Below, in pieces: positions 36,401 to 48,400 of a DNA stretch of 64,000 nucleotides. Positions within the stretch are counted from its first letter, which is position 1; every line of letters starts with the position of its first letter. Under the pieces are notes generated by a model, which ran no database searches, was not told where the DNA came from, and worked only from the letters and a program-made list of their open reading frames with translations. The DNA comes from Asterias rubens. Taxonomy: Eukaryota. The stretch covers positions 8,680,001-8,744,000 of the forward strand of contig NC_047082.1 of assembly GCF_902459465.1 (NCBI RefSeq), in the 5' to 3' direction. Position numbers and translations under genes: made by a program.

Positions 36401-39400
36401 TATCGCAGCAATGATCCGTGCAACTCGTAACGGCGTCCAGCAGACGGCAAACAGAACAGTTATAACGAGGAACGACCGCAGTGCCTTGTTGTCGAGGAAA
36501 TTAGGATCGTTTTTACAGTCTTTGTTTTTGTTCAACATCACGGCGTGATTTCGACTGAGCTTGATCAGCCGCCAGTAAATAAGAATCAGAACGATCAACG
36601 GTAAGATTACAAAGAACACTAAAATGGAGACTTCAAACAGTGGACCGTTGGAGCCCACGACACAGAGAAGTACAGCTTTAAAAATGAACTTGTCCGAGTC
36701 TTGCTGGATTAGCGAAAGGATTATCTGAAGTGCAAAGGATAAGATCGACAAGAGAACGACGAGGTTGATCACGCGATTCTTAGCGCAAAGACTTGGGAAT
36801 TGAAATGGCATCGTCACGGCGATGTATCGCTCAGCGTTCATCAATACAATCAGAATGATCGACATACAACAACAGGTTGCATCCAGAGTAGCGTTGATCG
36901 AACAGTACAACTCACCGAAAGGCCAGAAGTTGAACGCCGATGCGATGACATTCGGTAGGGAAATAACACCGGTTAGGAGATCATAAGCTGCGAGAGATAT
37001 CATGAGCACTTTCGTGCTGTCCGCAAGTTTGGGCATACTGCGCGTAACAGTGATTGATAACGCATTTCCTGAAATGATCATGAAGACGACAGCGGCAACG
37101 AAACAAGTCCGCAGAGCAATCAAATACGGCGACAGATATTCTTCCGCTGTAGTGTTATTCATCCTGAACTCTTGATTTCTTGAAAGAAGTAAATCCTTCT
37201 GTTCTTAAAATGTACTAAGTTCTTCTATAAAATGATCAATTCAAACGTCAACAAGAAAAGTTTTCCCCTTCGTAAGCACTTGATTACTTGCTAAGATAGC
37301 TTCCTCAAACGTTAGCTCCTAAGAAAAGTACAAGTAAAGTCTAGTTCCCTAACTTCTTCTTTCTTTCGTAGGCACTTGACATTCAGCAAAGACTGTTTAT
37401 ATTACTCCATTTGTGTTTTTGTTTTGTCTGCAACAAGCATGGGCTTTTCTGGTTATGCCCCCATTTCCAATTCTCCGCTTACTGTTCTTTCTTATCTTTA
37501 TTTTAATTCTCTGTTGGAATGGAAATAAAATGAGATGAAAGAAGTCTTCGTTCACAACACTGATTGTTACTGTCGACGGACGTCCAAAACTACAATGGAG
37601 ATCCTATTTCAAGTGTATGAAAAGTTTTCTCTCCACATCACAGCTGCCGTGTTAGTTTGCCTTCAAGCCTCACTTTCAAACAGGCTGAAAAGTGTCTTTC
37701 AGATGAAAGCAATACTCGTAGAAACTTCTCCAATCCGGCAAAATAAGATGAAGTGTCCTTTTGAATCAGGAGCCAATATATTTGTCAACAGTGGTAGCCA
37801 ATGGTTCGATTACTTTCCTATTGACAAAATACAACAGTCGTTACTGAAGTTTGACGATCATTCGCCATTAACATCTTGCAAACATCCCTCAAAATATTAC
37901 CATGCACGAAACACACCCATTTTATATTTGATAATGTATTGTCGCTCAACCGATGACACAGCTCTATAGAGATAGTCCAACAGGTGAATTGCGATTAGAA
38001 GTTTTGACATACATCAGTAGCTTTTATGGTTTAAACCATAAAGAAGGCAATTAAGCCAATTAAATGTTTCGATCAGTTCTTGTCAGCTTCATTTATTGCT
38101 CTTGCCTCTTTTTCCTCGCTGATCAAAATGTCAGCTTCACGCTTGATTCTGATTGGTCGGTGTCCCCCTCATAGTCGTTGGTAAACGCTGCATTGTTTCC
38201 CCTCTTTATTCAGCTCATCCACGCTGCCCCTATTAAGTATTGATGTTTCTAACAGGTTTTCTCTTAAGAAATTAATCGGATGCGGGTAAATTGCTTGTTG
38301 AGTTGCCTTGAACGGGTACATGTTTGGAAAAAGGCCCTTGTGCATTGAGTAATTTACTCATAACAACCAAATGGATCACCAGCCAGAACTATGCGTAATG
38401 TACCTTTTATTGGGGGGGGGGGGAGGCTGCTCATTTCGACCTATAAAGATAATGTCACTGCACTTTTTTGTTCATTGTTGGTTAAAAAAAAGTACATGGT
38501 GCATGAACAAATGAATGTTACCATGGTGATGCAAAATTAGCAATGGATAAAAAAAAATTCAGTTTCATTTATGCTTGTGACAGTTAAAAGGACACTTTGC
38601 CTTGGATCAAGTTTTTCTATGAAAAGAGTTGGAAAATGTTTTTTTGTAAAGATAATGCCTTTATGTTATGGTTAGAAAGATGTTTTAAAAGTAGAATTAA
38701 TAATCCACACAAACATGCCTGGAAATTGCACGGTTTTCCTAAGTTGTGAACCAACACGGTATGCCAATCTTTTGAGTCAAATCATTTTTTTTACTCCACA
38801 AACTGGCAGACCGTGTTAGTATTTGAAGTAAAAGCAGATAATTTTGTTTTTTTTGTGAAACGCTAGGACCTATTTATTCTACTTTTATAGTTTTAAAACA
38901 TCATTTCTAACCATTATGCGTTTGAAATGGTTTCAAACACTTTTCACAGACAAACTCGACCTATCCAATGCAACGTGTCTCTTTAATATAGACCTTTAGC
39001 ATTGACCTGTAAGCTTATAACTATGGAAACGTTCAGTGATGCTGATAATCTACATACATGTAACAAAATTATGAGCTGTCTCCTAAAACCAATGGTTAAT
39101 TAAGCCTATTAGTAAACAAATTTATTGCCTTGGTGACAATAACAAAAAAGTGCGTTGAGCCATTAGCAATATTCTCAATAATTCCTGGGGGAAAAATTAC
39201 ATAGTTAGTAAGATGTGAATGGGAGTCAATTTGTTTATTGTTTCACTTACCATGGTTACACACTGAACAGCGCAGCGCGAAGAAAAACAAAAATAAGAAA
39301 ATTTGTTCAGTTTTCGATGTGGGAAGAAAACCCTTTTGGAGAAAAAAAAAGCAATAAGGGACTGAAAACCATTGAAAGGCTCCCTCAAATCAGTAAAAGG

Positions 39401-42400
39401 GTCCAAGTTAGGGGCCACAGAGGTGGAAGTTAGGCCAAAGAAAAACCCTAGAGCTAACTTGATCCCCCATGTGGTATCCTTTATATCTAGTCTCTCCTCA
39501 CTAATTAAAAACAATTTTTTTCCCACATGTTTTGTTGTGTTTTTTTTTATCCTCAATGTTAACTCCTTTTGTTTTCACACATTTTACCCAAACTCGTGTT
39601 TCACTTTTCCATTCACAAACAATTCTTTATATTTATCCAACGTTTCAATACTCAACCTTTTTTTTGAAATCTCTAACCTCTAGAATATAAACACATGATC
39701 TAATTTCCTGTCAGATCTTTTTTTTTTAAATCCATAATGTACAATATTTTTTTTTTCGTTCTTATTTTTAAAAAGTTGCTTTTTTAAACTGTGAAATTGA
39801 TAAATTTAATCTATTTGTTTTGTTATGTAGGAACTTTATTGTGGACACTGTAGTGGTTGTACGTCACCTGTCACCAGACAGCCCTAGTAGAGACGCTCCT
39901 GCCGATCATGGGGCAGCTAAGAGGCCCTGTTTTAGCCTGAAGGTAAGTCAGTTTCATCCACAGTCAAACAAAGACGAAACTTAAGGGCGTTGGATTTGAA
40001 CCTGTGTCCTTTTGATTCAAGTATGGATGGAAACTCTGCCATTAATTTATATAGTTTTTCAACTTTTTTTTTTTTATATTTTGTCTGTTCTAATGTTTTT
40101 CTTTTGAGGGCGATTGCTGTTTAAGATATACTCTAGACTTGTGGACAAGTCGTTTAATGTCTGTCGCGGTGATAGCGTTCCGACTCCCTACCTAGATTCC
40201 CACGGTATTCTACTACTGCTGTCATGACTACGAGGTCAGCAACTACGTGTAGCAGTTCACACGAGAGCAGAGATCTCGCCATAGTACCGCCATAGTACCG
40301 CCACAACTCGACTATCTCACCGTGTGGGACCATTAACGACTTGTCCACAAGTCTATATATATTTCTCTGTTTTTGGTAGTTCTTGGTCAGATTGCTTGTT
40401 CTCAGTCTTCTGTTTATTATTGTGTTGTGAAGCTTGACCGAATAAATATTTATAAGTAAAAGCCTCTTTTCGTTCCCAGACTAACTTTGTAGAGGGTCGT
40501 GATCGTTGGTGGCATGATGTCATGACTGGCGTTACCGATGAATGTGATCCGGTGTGGCTGGAAGTGGAAGAACCCCTCTTCATGCTGTACACAAGGTACA
40601 ACAACTTCTTCTTCTTCTTCTTCTTCTTTCTTCTTCCTTTCTAGTAAAGTCTTCATGATTGAAGATAGTCGCACTGCCTGACACACTGAGACGTACTGGT
40701 GTCTTTTAATTGGGTTGACAGGACCTACAGCTGTAAAACAAAAAAACTTCTTCTTCTTTCTTCTTCCTTTCTAGTACAATCTTCATGATTGAAGATAGTC
40801 GCACTGCCTGACACACTGAGACGAACCCCTTCTCTTTGAGATAAGTGTGTACTGGTTTCTTTTCCTTGTGTTGACAGGACCTACAGCTGTAAGTCCAATC
40901 CGAAGGGTGAAGCAATGGTTAAAGGAACACGTTGCCTTGGATCGGTCGAGCTGGTCTTTGAAAAGCGTTTGTAACCGTTTTTTATAAAATGCATATGGGC
41001 AGAAAGATGTTGTAAAAGTAGAATACAATGATCCACACAAACATGCCTCGAAATTGCGTGGTTTTTGTTTTACCTCGTCGACTAACACGGTCGGCCATTT
41101 ATGGGAGTCAAATTTTTGACTCCCATAAATGGCCGGCCGTGTTAGTTCGCACAGTAAAATGAAAACCACGCAATTTCGAGGCAAACTTGTGTGGATCATT
41201 GTGTTCTACTTTTAAAACATCTTTCCAACCGTATGCATTTTATAAAAAACGGTTACAAACGCTTTCTATAGACCAACTCGTCCGATCCAAGGCAACGTGT
41301 TCCTTTAAGTGTCTTGCTTAATTAAGGATACAAGTGTCACGACCGAGACGTGAACCAACACTTAGATCAGATACAGCAAAGACACTAAGTATTTTGTTTT
41401 CATTTTGTTATAATGCAGTGGTTCAACTGGGAAGCCGAAGGGTGTTGTACACACGCAAGCAGGGTACCTACTCTACGCTGCGACAACCTTCAAGTACTCC
41501 TTTGACTACCACGAGGGAGACATTTATTGGTGTACGGCAGACATTGGGTGGATTACCGGCCACACCTACGTGGTGTACGGGCCGATGGCCAACGGAGCCA
41601 CCAGCGTTATGGTTGGTTTCTTAACACTTGAGAATTTCAAGAAGTTCTTTAACTACACAATTTCTTTACCATTGCATTTAAAAATATTCAATATTTCTAT
41701 ATTTGCGTGTCATTTTTCGTTTGTAGTTTTGTAGTGATTTTAAACTGATTTCTATACTTTTCTTTTTAATCATGATAATTACTTTGTGTTTAAAGTTTTT
41801 TTTTTTTAATGTTACTCTGTAGAACCATGGATTATGTTTTTTTTATGGATTGGGCACTTTATAAATTTTTGCTTTGTTATTGTAATTAAGAAGAAGAATC
41901 TGTTTTGTTATAAAGTTCCTCACATTTTCTGTTTGTTCGTGTCCACAGTATGAAGGGGTACCCACTTACCCAGATGCAGGGCGCTGTTGGGAGATTACCG
42001 ATAAGTATAATGTAAATCTCTTTTACACGGCGCCCACCCTCATCCGATCTCTCATGAAGTTTGGGGAGGAACCAGTAAAAAAGTGAGTAACAACATCGGT
42101 GGGATATTCTTTTTCTTGTTTTTTCTTTTTTTCGCTCCAGGAGTCACAATTTGGATAGATGTCATTTATTTTACAAAATATTTTGTCAATTTATTATCTT
42201 TAATTTTAAAGCCAGTCAGAGCAAATTAGTTTTACATTAATTTGGAGGTTATTCGTTCTAATCCTGATCTGGTAAATCTGTCTTTGTTCAACTGGAAATT
42301 ATTTACAACCTACCCAGTCAATTTTCCCTCAACCTACCCAGTCAATTTTACTTGAAACAAAATGAAATTAAAATAAGATTTGTACCGTACACTTCTCCTT

Positions 42401-45400
42401 TGTTCTGTAGGTACAGTCGCAAGTCGCTGAGAGTTCTTGGGACTGTAGGCGAGCCCATAAACCCAGAGGCGTGGTTGTTTTATTACAACGTCATCGGAGA
42501 TGGTAGATGTGCAATCAGCGACACCTTCTGGCAAACAGAAACGGTAAGATGATGGAACGATAAATCCAGTCACTAAAGCAGGGATGTGATTCCTCCGCTT
42601 TTAACCAGAAATCCTTTTTTGTTTTACCTCCACCCCCAAGAATAAATAAATAAATAAACAATTTACAACATACAAAAAATTTTGTTGAAGTTTTGTGTTG
42701 TACATTTTTTGTTGTCTAAATATTATTCCTTTACCATGGTTACAGGGAGGTCATACTGTGACTGCGCTACCAGGCTGTACACCCATGAAACCTGGATCAG
42801 CAGTAAGTTGTTCAGATTTTGTTGTTGACTGTTGTACGTTCAAATGTTAATGTCAACAAGTTATGTATCATTTTGGAGAGGAAACACTCTTTCCAGCCAT
42901 GATACTCTTGTCAAATTTGGTGTATGTTCAGTATTTTTTACTATTATCCAAGAAGCAACTTTTCTTTTTTCAGTTGTTCAAGTATCTTATTTTCTTGTTT
43001 CGTCCATTTAACTCTAGATTATCATAATGGCAGCTATTAAAGTAAGAAAGTCTGATATCATAAAAAAGAAAATTGTGTCCGGTATAACATTATAATACAA
43101 AGTGTTTTTGGTGGTGATTGCATTATTTATTAGATAAATATTTTCAGAAGTGTGAGTGAACATTGCGTGTATGTGCAGGGGCTTAGGCACATACAAGCTT
43201 TGATGGATTAAAAGTAGTACTTTATTTTAAAAACTGGCCTTTAAACATATATCGTAGTAGAACTCAGTAGCTGAACACAAGAGATCAAACAAATTGAGCA
43301 TTTTTAGAAGTCTTGATTGGTAACCAAAAACTCAATTGTTTTGTTTGTGTTGTAGTCCTTTCCATTCTTTGGGATTGACCCTGCTGTGGTTGACGAGAAT
43401 GGTGAAGAACTCAGTGGAGCGTGCGAAGGATATCTGGTAAGTTAGAAAGCAGGCAGGCCATGCTTCGTTTTTGAAGGATGCTTGATAGTCAAAGACTGTA
43501 CCACGTTTGGAACAATTCAAATCTAAACTTAAAACCCATCTTTTTAAATGCGCTATACAAGAACTGCTTTTTATTATTATTACTTATAATTTGTCACTAG
43601 GTCTTCAAGAGGCCATGGCCCGGAGTAATGAGGACTGTGTACGGAGACCATGCTCGCTATGAAGGAACTTACTTCAAACAATTCCCTGGATACTACAAGA
43701 CTGGAGACGGTAAGAAACTCAACTTGACCCAATTTCATGGCTCTGCTTACCGTAAGCAAAGAAGCTTACGGAAGCAGGGAATGCTGCGCTAACGTCGAGC
43801 ATGTTTCACGGTAAACAGGAAGTTTGTGCTCGTGTGTGTGCAGACTCCCCATTATAGGCATCCTTTGCTTACGCAGTAATATGGCGCGTGCACAGTAAGC
43901 CTAGAATGCAGAATTGGCGGTAAGCAGAGCCATGATATCAACGGTTGTTTTCCCTTGTTTCTCTTGATGTCTTTCTAATATACATTAACAAACAGTAGCC
44001 AAGAACACAAGTAACCAAGAACACTGTTTTTATCCCAGCATAAAACTTAAACCCTGTTCAAGTTCTTGTCATGTTTAGGCTGCCAATATATCTGTTCATA
44101 AAACTCAAACCATGTTTTCTTGTCATGTTTAGGCTGCCAATATATCTGTTCATAAAACTCAAACCATGTTTTCTTGTCATGTTTAGGCTGCCAATATATC
44201 TGTTCATAAAACTCAAACCATGTTTTCTTGTCATGTTTAGGCTGCCAATATATCTGTTCATAAAACTCAAACCATGTTTTCTTGTCATGTTTAGGCTGCC
44301 AATATATCTGTTCATAAAACTCTAACCCCATTTTCTTGTCATGTTAAGGCAATCAACATACTTAGTACATAAAACTCAAACCCCATTTTCTTGTCATGTT
44401 AAGGCAACCAACATACTTAGTACATAAAACTCAAACCCTGTTTTCTTGTCATGTTAAGGCAATCAACATACTTAGTACATAAAACTCAAACCCTGTTTTC
44501 TTGTCATGTTAAGGCAACCAACATACTTAGTACATAAAACTCAAACCCTGTTTTCTTGTCATGTTAAGGCAATCAACATACTTAGTACATAAAACTCAAA
44601 CCCTGTTTTCTTGTCATGTTAAGGCAATCAACATACTTAGTACATAAAACTCAAACCCTGTTTTCTTGTCATGTTAAGGCAACCAACATACTTGTACATA
44701 AAACTCAAACCCCATTTTCTTGTCATGTTAAGGCAATCAACATACTTAGTACATAAAACTCAAACCCTGTTTTCTTGTCATGTTAAGGCAATCAACATAC
44801 TTAGTACATAAAACTCAAACCCTGTTTTCTTGTCATGTTAAGGCAATCAACATACTTGTACATAAAACTCAAACCCCATTTTCTTGTCATGTTAAGGCAA
44901 TCAACATACTTTGTACATAAAACTCAAACCCTGTTTTCTTGTCATGTTAAGGCAATCAACATGCTTAGTACATAAAACTCTAACCCCATTTTCTTGTCAT
45001 GTTAAGGCAATCAACATACTTAGTACATAAAACTCTAACCCTGTTTTCTTGTCATGTTAAGGCAACCAACATACTAGTACATAAAACTCAAACCCTGTTT
45101 TCTTGTCATGTTAAGGCAACCAACATACTTAGTACATAAAACTCCAACCCCATTTTCTTGTCATGTTAAGGCAACCAACATACTTGTACATAAAACTCAA
45201 ACCCTGTTTTCTTGTCATGTTAAGGCAACCAACATACTTAGTACATAAAACTCAAACCCTGTTTTCTTGTCATGTTAAGGCAATCAACATACTTAGTACA
45301 TAAAACTCAAACCCTGTTTTCTTGTCATGTTAAGGCAATCAACATACTTAGTACATAAAACTCAAACCCTGTTTTCTTGTCATGTTAAGGCAATCAACAT

Positions 45401-48400
45401 ACTTAGTACATAAAACTCAAACCCTGTTTTCTTGTCATGTTAAGGCAACCAACATACTTAGTACATAAAACTCAAACCCTGTTTTCTTGTCATGTTAAGG
45501 CAATCAACATACTTAGTACATAAAACTCAAACCCTGTTTTCTTGTCATGTTAAGGCAACCAACATACTTAGTACATAAAACTCAAACCCTGTTTTCTTGT
45601 CATGTTAAGGCAATCAACATACTTAGTACATAAAACTCAAACCCTGTTTTCTTGTCATGTTAAGGCAACCAACATACTTAGTACATAAAACTCAAACCCT
45701 GTTTTCTTGTCATGTTAAGGCAACCAACATACTTAGTACATAAAACTCAAACCCTGTTTTCTTGTCATGTTAAGGCAATCAACATACTTAGTACATAAAA
45801 CTCAAACCCTGTTTTCTTGTCATGTTAAGGCAATCAACATACTTAGTACATAAAACTCTAACCCTGTTTTCTTGTCATGTTAAGGCAACCAACATACTTA
45901 GTACATAAAACTCAAACCCTGTTTTCTTGTCATGTTAAGGCAACCAACATACTTAGTACATAAAACTCAAACCCTGTTTTCTTGTCATGTTAAGGCAATC
46001 AACATACTTAGTACATAAAACTCAAACCCTGTTTTCTTGTCATGTTAAGGCAATCAACATACTTAGTACATAAAACTCTAACCCCATTTTCTTGTCATGT
46101 TAAGGCAACCAACATACTTAGTACATAAAACTCAAACCCTGTTTTCTTGTCATGTTAAGGCAACCAACATACTTAGTACATAAAACTCAAACCCTGTTTT
46201 CTTGTCATGTTAAGGCAATCAACATACTTAGTACATAAAACTCAAACCCTGTTTTCTTGTCATGTTAAGGCAACCAACATACTTAGTACATAAAACTCTA
46301 ACCCTGTTTTCTTGTCATGTTAAGGCAACCAACATACTTAGTACATAAAACTCAAACCCTGTTTTCTTGTCATGTTAAGGCAATCAACATACTTAGTACA
46401 TAAAACTCTAACCCTGTTTTCTTGTCATGTTAAGGCAACCAACATACTTAGTACATAAAACTCAAACCCTGTTTTCTTGTCATGTTAAGGCAACCAACAT
46501 ACTTAGTACATAAAACTCAAACCCTGTTTTCTTGTCATGTTAAGGCAATCAACATACTTAGTACATAAAACTCAAACCCTGTTTTCTTGTCATGTTAAGG
46601 CAATCAACATACTTAGTACATAAAACTCAAACCCTGTTTTCTTGTCATGTTAAGGCAATCAACATACTTGGTACATAAAACTCTAACCCCATTTTCTTGT
46701 CATGTTAAGGCAATCAACATACTTAGTACATAAAACTCAAACCCTGTTTTCTTGTCATGTTAAGGCAACCAACATACTTAGTACATAAAACTCCAACCCC
46801 ATTTTCTTGTCATGTTAAGGCAACCAACATACTTAGTACATAAAACTCTAACCCCATTTTCTTGTCATGTTAAGGCAATCAACATACTTAGTACATAAAA
46901 CTCAAACCCCATTTTCTTGTCATGTTAAGGCAATCAACATACTTAGTACATAAAACTCAAACCCTGTTTTCTTGTCATGTTAAGGCAATCAACATACTTG
47001 GTACATAAAACTCTAACCCCATTTTCTTGTCATGTTAAGGCAATCAACATACTTAGTACATAAAACTCAAACCCTGTTTTCTTGTCATGTTAAGGCAATC
47101 AACATACTTAGTACATAAAACTCAAACCCTGTTTTCTTGTCATGTTAAGGCAACCAACATACTTAGTACATAAAACTCCAACCCCATTTTCTTGTCATGT
47201 TAAGGCAACCAACATACTTAGTACATAAAACTCTAACCCCATTTTCTTGTCATGTTAAGGCAATCAACATACTTAGTACATAAAACTCAAACCCCATTTT
47301 CTTGTCATGTTAAGGCAATCAACATACTTAGTACATAAAACTCAAACCCCATTTTCTTGTCATGTTAAGGCAACCAACATACTTGTACATAAAACTCAAA
47401 CCCTGTTTTCTTGTCATGTTAAGGCAACCAACATACTTAGTACATAAAACTCAAACCCTGTTTTCTTGTCATGTTAAGGCAATCAACATACTTAGTACAT
47501 AAAACTCAAACCCTGTTTTCTTGTCATGTTAAGGCAATCAACATACTTAGTACATAAAACTCAAACCCTGTTTTCTTGTCATGTTAAGGCAATCAACATA
47601 CTTAGTACATAAAACTCAAACCCTGTTTTCTTGTCATGTTAAGGCAACCAACATACTTAGTACATAAAACTCAAACCCTGTTTTCTTGTCATGTTAAGGC
47701 AATCAACATACTTAGTACATAAAACTCAAACCCTGTTTTCTTGTCATGTTAAGGCAACCAACATACTTGTACATAAAACTCAAACCCTGTTTTCTTGTCA
47801 TGTTAAGGCAATCAACATACTTAGTACATAAAACTCAAACCCTGTTTTCTTGTCATGTTAAGGCAACCAACATACTTAGTACATAAAACTCAAACCCTGT
47901 TTTCTTGTCATGTTAAGGCAACCAACATACTTAGTACATAAAACTCAAACCCTGTTTTCTTGTCATGTTAAGGCAATCAACATACTTAGTACATAAAACT
48001 CAAACCCTGTTTTCTTGTCATGTTAAGGCAATCAACATACTTAGTACATAAAACTCTAACCCTGTTTTCTTGTCATGTTAAGGCAACCAACATACTTAGT
48101 ACATAAAACTCAAACCCTGTTTTCTTGTCATGTTAAGGCAACCAACATACTTAGTACATAAAACTCAAACCCTGTTTTCTTGTCATGTTAAGGCAATCAA
48201 CATACTTAGTACATAAAACTCAAACCCTGTTTTTTTGTCATGTTAAGGCAATCAACATACTTAGTACATAAAACTCTAACCCCATTTTCTTGTCATGTTA
48301 AGGCAACCAACATACTTAGTACATAAAACTCAAACCCTGTTTTCTTGTCATGTTAAGGCAACCAACATACTTAGTACATAAAACTCAAACCCTGTTTTCT

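Noticed and set aside
44047-44331. ORFs with 18-aa repeats (both strands)
   Set aside because: By-product of the 54-bp unit being a multiple of 3; lies in an intron.
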